Of a stretch of 64,000 nt of DNA, positions 61,454-64,000 are shown piece by piece (the stretch's first letter is position 1; every line of letters begins with the position of its first letter). The notes below the pieces were generated by a model. It saw nothing but the letters and a program-made list of their open reading frames with translations. It was not told where the DNA came from and made no database searches. Source of the stretch: a bacterium (GTDB taxonomy: Bacteria; SM23-31); contig OZ252239.1 in the NCBI GenBank assembly GCA_965249485.1, positions 3,424,001 to 3,488,000 of the forward strand, read 5' to 3'. Both the position numbers and the translations under genes were made by a program.

Positions 61454-61878
61454 GTACTAAACATCTATACATTTAATGTAAAAATATTCTATTTACATTG
61501 GCTACTTTTCTTCTTATTATTTCTAACTTAATAGGTTATTGCCCTAATTTCATTGCACTAATTCACGTAATATACGTGCTATACCGAAATTATGTAATAA
61601 TCAGCTAAGAACTTCATTTCCGTACCGGATCCCGACTTTGAGTATGTTGTAGCAGGCCACCAGGAGGCTAATGATTACCTGGTGGAATCCGCTGGCAATC
61701 CGATCATTGCTTCAAAATGACAAAACGATAAACCAGCAGTTGAGTCGCACCGAAACAATTACAGAATCACAGTTTTATAACCTCACGTAATCTAAGGACC
61801 ATAAATTTATTAATCGGTATGAGGCACATTCTTGAAACCAGAAGCAAGTCGAATATGTGAAATCATTAAAGTTACAGC

Positions 61879-63219
61879 ATGAAAAAATATGATTTAATCG
61901 TTGTTGGTGCCGGCACTGGGCTGGATGTTGCCGCAAGTGCAACAGGCAAAGGATACACGGTGGCCATTATAGAGAAGGGACCGATGGGAGGCGCCTGTCT
62001 CAACAGAGGTTGTATTCCTTCTAAAATGCTCATTCATTCGGCCGATGTGGCGCAAACCATTGACAATGCTAAAAAGTTCGGAATCACACCCAATGGATAT
62101 AACGTGGACTGGCTTGGCATTGTTGAGCGTGTATCTAACGCTGTTGATAGGGATTCTGCTGAGATCCTTAAAGGCATAAAATCTGATGAGAATATTACTC
62201 TGTACAATCTTGAAGGCAAGTTTGTAGGTGAAAGAACTGTTCAGGTTGGAGATGAAACCATCACCGCAGAGCGCATTCTGATTGCAGCCGGAACCCGACC
62301 CAGAGTTCCGGATATTGACGGCCTTGATGAAGTGGACTTTATGACGAGCATAGAAGCACTAAGAAAAACAACCCAACCGAACCATCTTCTTATTTTAGGT
62401 GGAGGATATATAAGCTGTGAGCTAGCGCATTTCTACGGTTCATTGGGAACAGAGATAACCATCCTTCAACGGAATGTGCGGCTACTACCAGGTGAGGATC
62501 ATGAACTGGCAGACATCTTCACCAAACTATACAAGAAACGCTTTAATGTGCATACAGGGTTTGCAGCGAAGAAGGTGTTCAAAGATGGTGAGGTCATTCA
62601 CATTACCGCAGAAAGTAAGGATGGAGAACAACTACAGGTTAACGGAGACCAGCTGTTGGTTGCCACAGGACGAGTTCCGAATACAGATACATTGGATGTT
62701 GCAGCTGCAGGAGTAGAGACCAATGAGTACATGCAAACCTCTGCTGAAAATGTTTGGGCGCTTGGAGACATAGCAGGCAAATTCCAATTTAAACACAGTG
62801 CTAATCAGGAGGCGCGTTATGTGGGCTACAACCTATTTAACGATAAGCCACTTGCTGTGGATTATTATGCCATGCCACATGCCGTTTTCGGCTATCCTCA
62901 AATAGCAGGAGTGGGTTATACCGAAGAGCAACTAAAGAAAGAAGGAATTGAGTATAGTATAGGTAAGTGTGAGTTCATGCAAACAGGAATGGGAGCGGCA
63001 CTTATGGATGAGGATGGGCTTGTTAAGGTAATGGCGACCTCTGAGGGTGAAATACTTGGCTGCCATATCATTGGACACGAAGCCTCGACACTTATCCATG
63101 AACCAATATTAGCGATGAAAGCGGGCCTCAAAGTGGATGATATACAGAATATGGTTCATATTCATCCCGCCCTATCCGAAGTAGTAGAGCGGGCATTCGG
63201 AGATATTGGCCTGGAATAG
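61879..63219 (+). CDS. Pyridine nucleotide-disulfide oxidoreductase (dihydrolipoyl dehydrogenase/mycothione reductase-like)
   Basis: VGAG, GGACLNRGCIPSK, GGGYISCE, ATGRVPN, HIHPALSE. Confidence 0.9.
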   Translation: MKKYDLIVVGAGTGLDVAASATGKGYTVAIIEKGPMGGACLNRGCIPSKMLIHSADVAQTIDNAKKFGITPNGYNVDWLGIVERVSNAVDRDSAEILKGIKSDENITLYNLEGKFVGERTVQVGDETITAERILIAAGTRPRVPDIDGLDEVDFMTSIEALRKTTQPNHLLILGGGYISCELAHFYGSLGTEITILQRNVRLLPGEDHELADIFTKLYKKRFNVHTGFAAKKVFKDGEVIHITAESKDGEQLQVNGDQLLVATGRVPNTDTLDVAAAGVETNEYMQTSAENVWALGDIAGKFQFKHSANQEARYVGYNLFNDKPLAVDYYAMPHAVFGYPQIAGVGYTEEQLKKEGIEYSIGKCEFMQTGMGAALMDEDGLVKVMATSEGEILGCHIIGHEASTLIHEPILAMKAGLKVDDIQNMVHIHPALSEVVERAFGDIGLE

Positions 63220-63734
63220 GAAGTCAGTCTCAATACTCAAATTAGTTCATTTTTTAGGCAAATTTCGAAGACACTTTTGCATCAAAATCGCATAGCCCGG
63301 GCGCGTAGATTACGTTCAATCAGCTGAATATCTATAAAAAATCCAACTCCAGATTTTAAAATCTGTTGCGCAACAATAAGCATCTTTTTTCAACCTTCAT
63401 TTAATCTTCCTATAAAAAAATTGAACTTTTCTATATTCAACTCTGTGTAATTATTGATAGACGTGGGAAGGTCTATTGCCAGTAGCCCTCTCTTGTGTGT
63501 ATCGCGGGGAGTGTATTGGAAGAGTGCAGATTGAATGCACTAATTACTTTTTGTAAATAAATATATCTTAAATTGAAAAATATTCCGTATATATATAACC
63601 ACTACCGTATATAAAACTATTTTGGCAGTAAAATTATCCTTGAGTTGCTAGGGTTTACAAGGTCTACAAGTAACGAATGATTCGATTTGCTTTTGCTATT
63701 AATCTGAGTCTTGAGAATCTAAAGGAGACGGATA

Positions 63735-63965
63735 ATGAAAGAATTCGTGAAGTTCATCGCCACACATTTAGTTGACAAGCCAGACGAGGTAGTGGTTACG
63801 GATGTCAAAGGTGAGCGGACAATAGTATATGAACTGCGTGTTGGTGATGGCGATCTTGGGAAGGTAATCGGAAAACGCGGTCGAACGGCCCAATCTATCC
63901 GGACGCTTCTTGAAGCTGCTTCAGCAAAATCAGGCAAAAGGGCAGTTTTGGAAATTCTGGATTAA
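63735..63965 (+). CDS. khpA: KH-domain RNA-binding protein (KhpA/YlqC family)
   Basis: [33 protein letters not shown]. Confidence 0.92.
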   Translation: MKEFVKFIATHLVDKPDEVVVTDVKGERTIVYELRVGDGDLGKVIGKRGRTAQSIRTLLEAASAKSGKRAVLEILD

Positions 63966-64000
63966 TCATTCACAACCGGTACCTTCAACAACAAAGAAAT

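Noticed and set aside
61657..61685. Inverted repeat CCACCAGG...CCTGGTGG
   Set aside because: Isolated 8-bp stem without a U-tract, inside what looks like an unidentifiable coding remnant; no function can be supported.
63220..63734. Long intergenic region before khpA as an ncRNA
   Set aside because: No recognisable RNA family or convincing stable structure by eye; an Rfam scan would be needed.
1..64000. CRISPR arrays, rRNA, intact transposases or integrases, prophage genes
   Set aside because: No regularly spaced repeats or matching coding motifs were seen anywhere in the window.

Overview
Bacterial chromosomal window of moderately low GC, standard genetic code with UGA=Sec recoding. The gene content suggests an FCB-group-like Gram-negative lineage (weak inference). 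Housekeeping content: metF, ssb, fbp, comM, birA, moaA, dxs, pepA, queG, nfo, khpA and an 11-subunit complex I-like operon (nuoABCDHIJKLMN, no nuoEFG) followed by a ferredoxin. Selenocysteine machinery is present (selA, selB, tRNA-Sec). Directly behind tRNA-Sec lies an AhpD-like selenoprotein (CxxU with a SECIS-like hairpin) that the ORF track splits in two. The most unusual element is a minus-strand cluster (~19.5-30.4 kb) encoding a POTRA-less Omp85 barrel, an exported lipoprotein with intact protein-kinase-like motifs, a lipoprotein metallophosphoesterase, an NTT (ATP/ADP translocase)-HEAT protein, a cNMP-binding protein and a two-component pair. This is a candidate ATP-fed extracytoplasmic phosphorylation system, and several of its genes carry frameshifts or nonsense codons here. 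Other points of interest: a sigma54 activator/enhancer/promoter/atypical thioredoxin module, an orphan structured RNA with terminator, a divergent FabV-like reductase, a proline dehydrogenase with an altered substrate pocket, and a decayed integrative-element remnant behind tRNA-Asn. All product calls come from motif recognition by eye, with no database searches.
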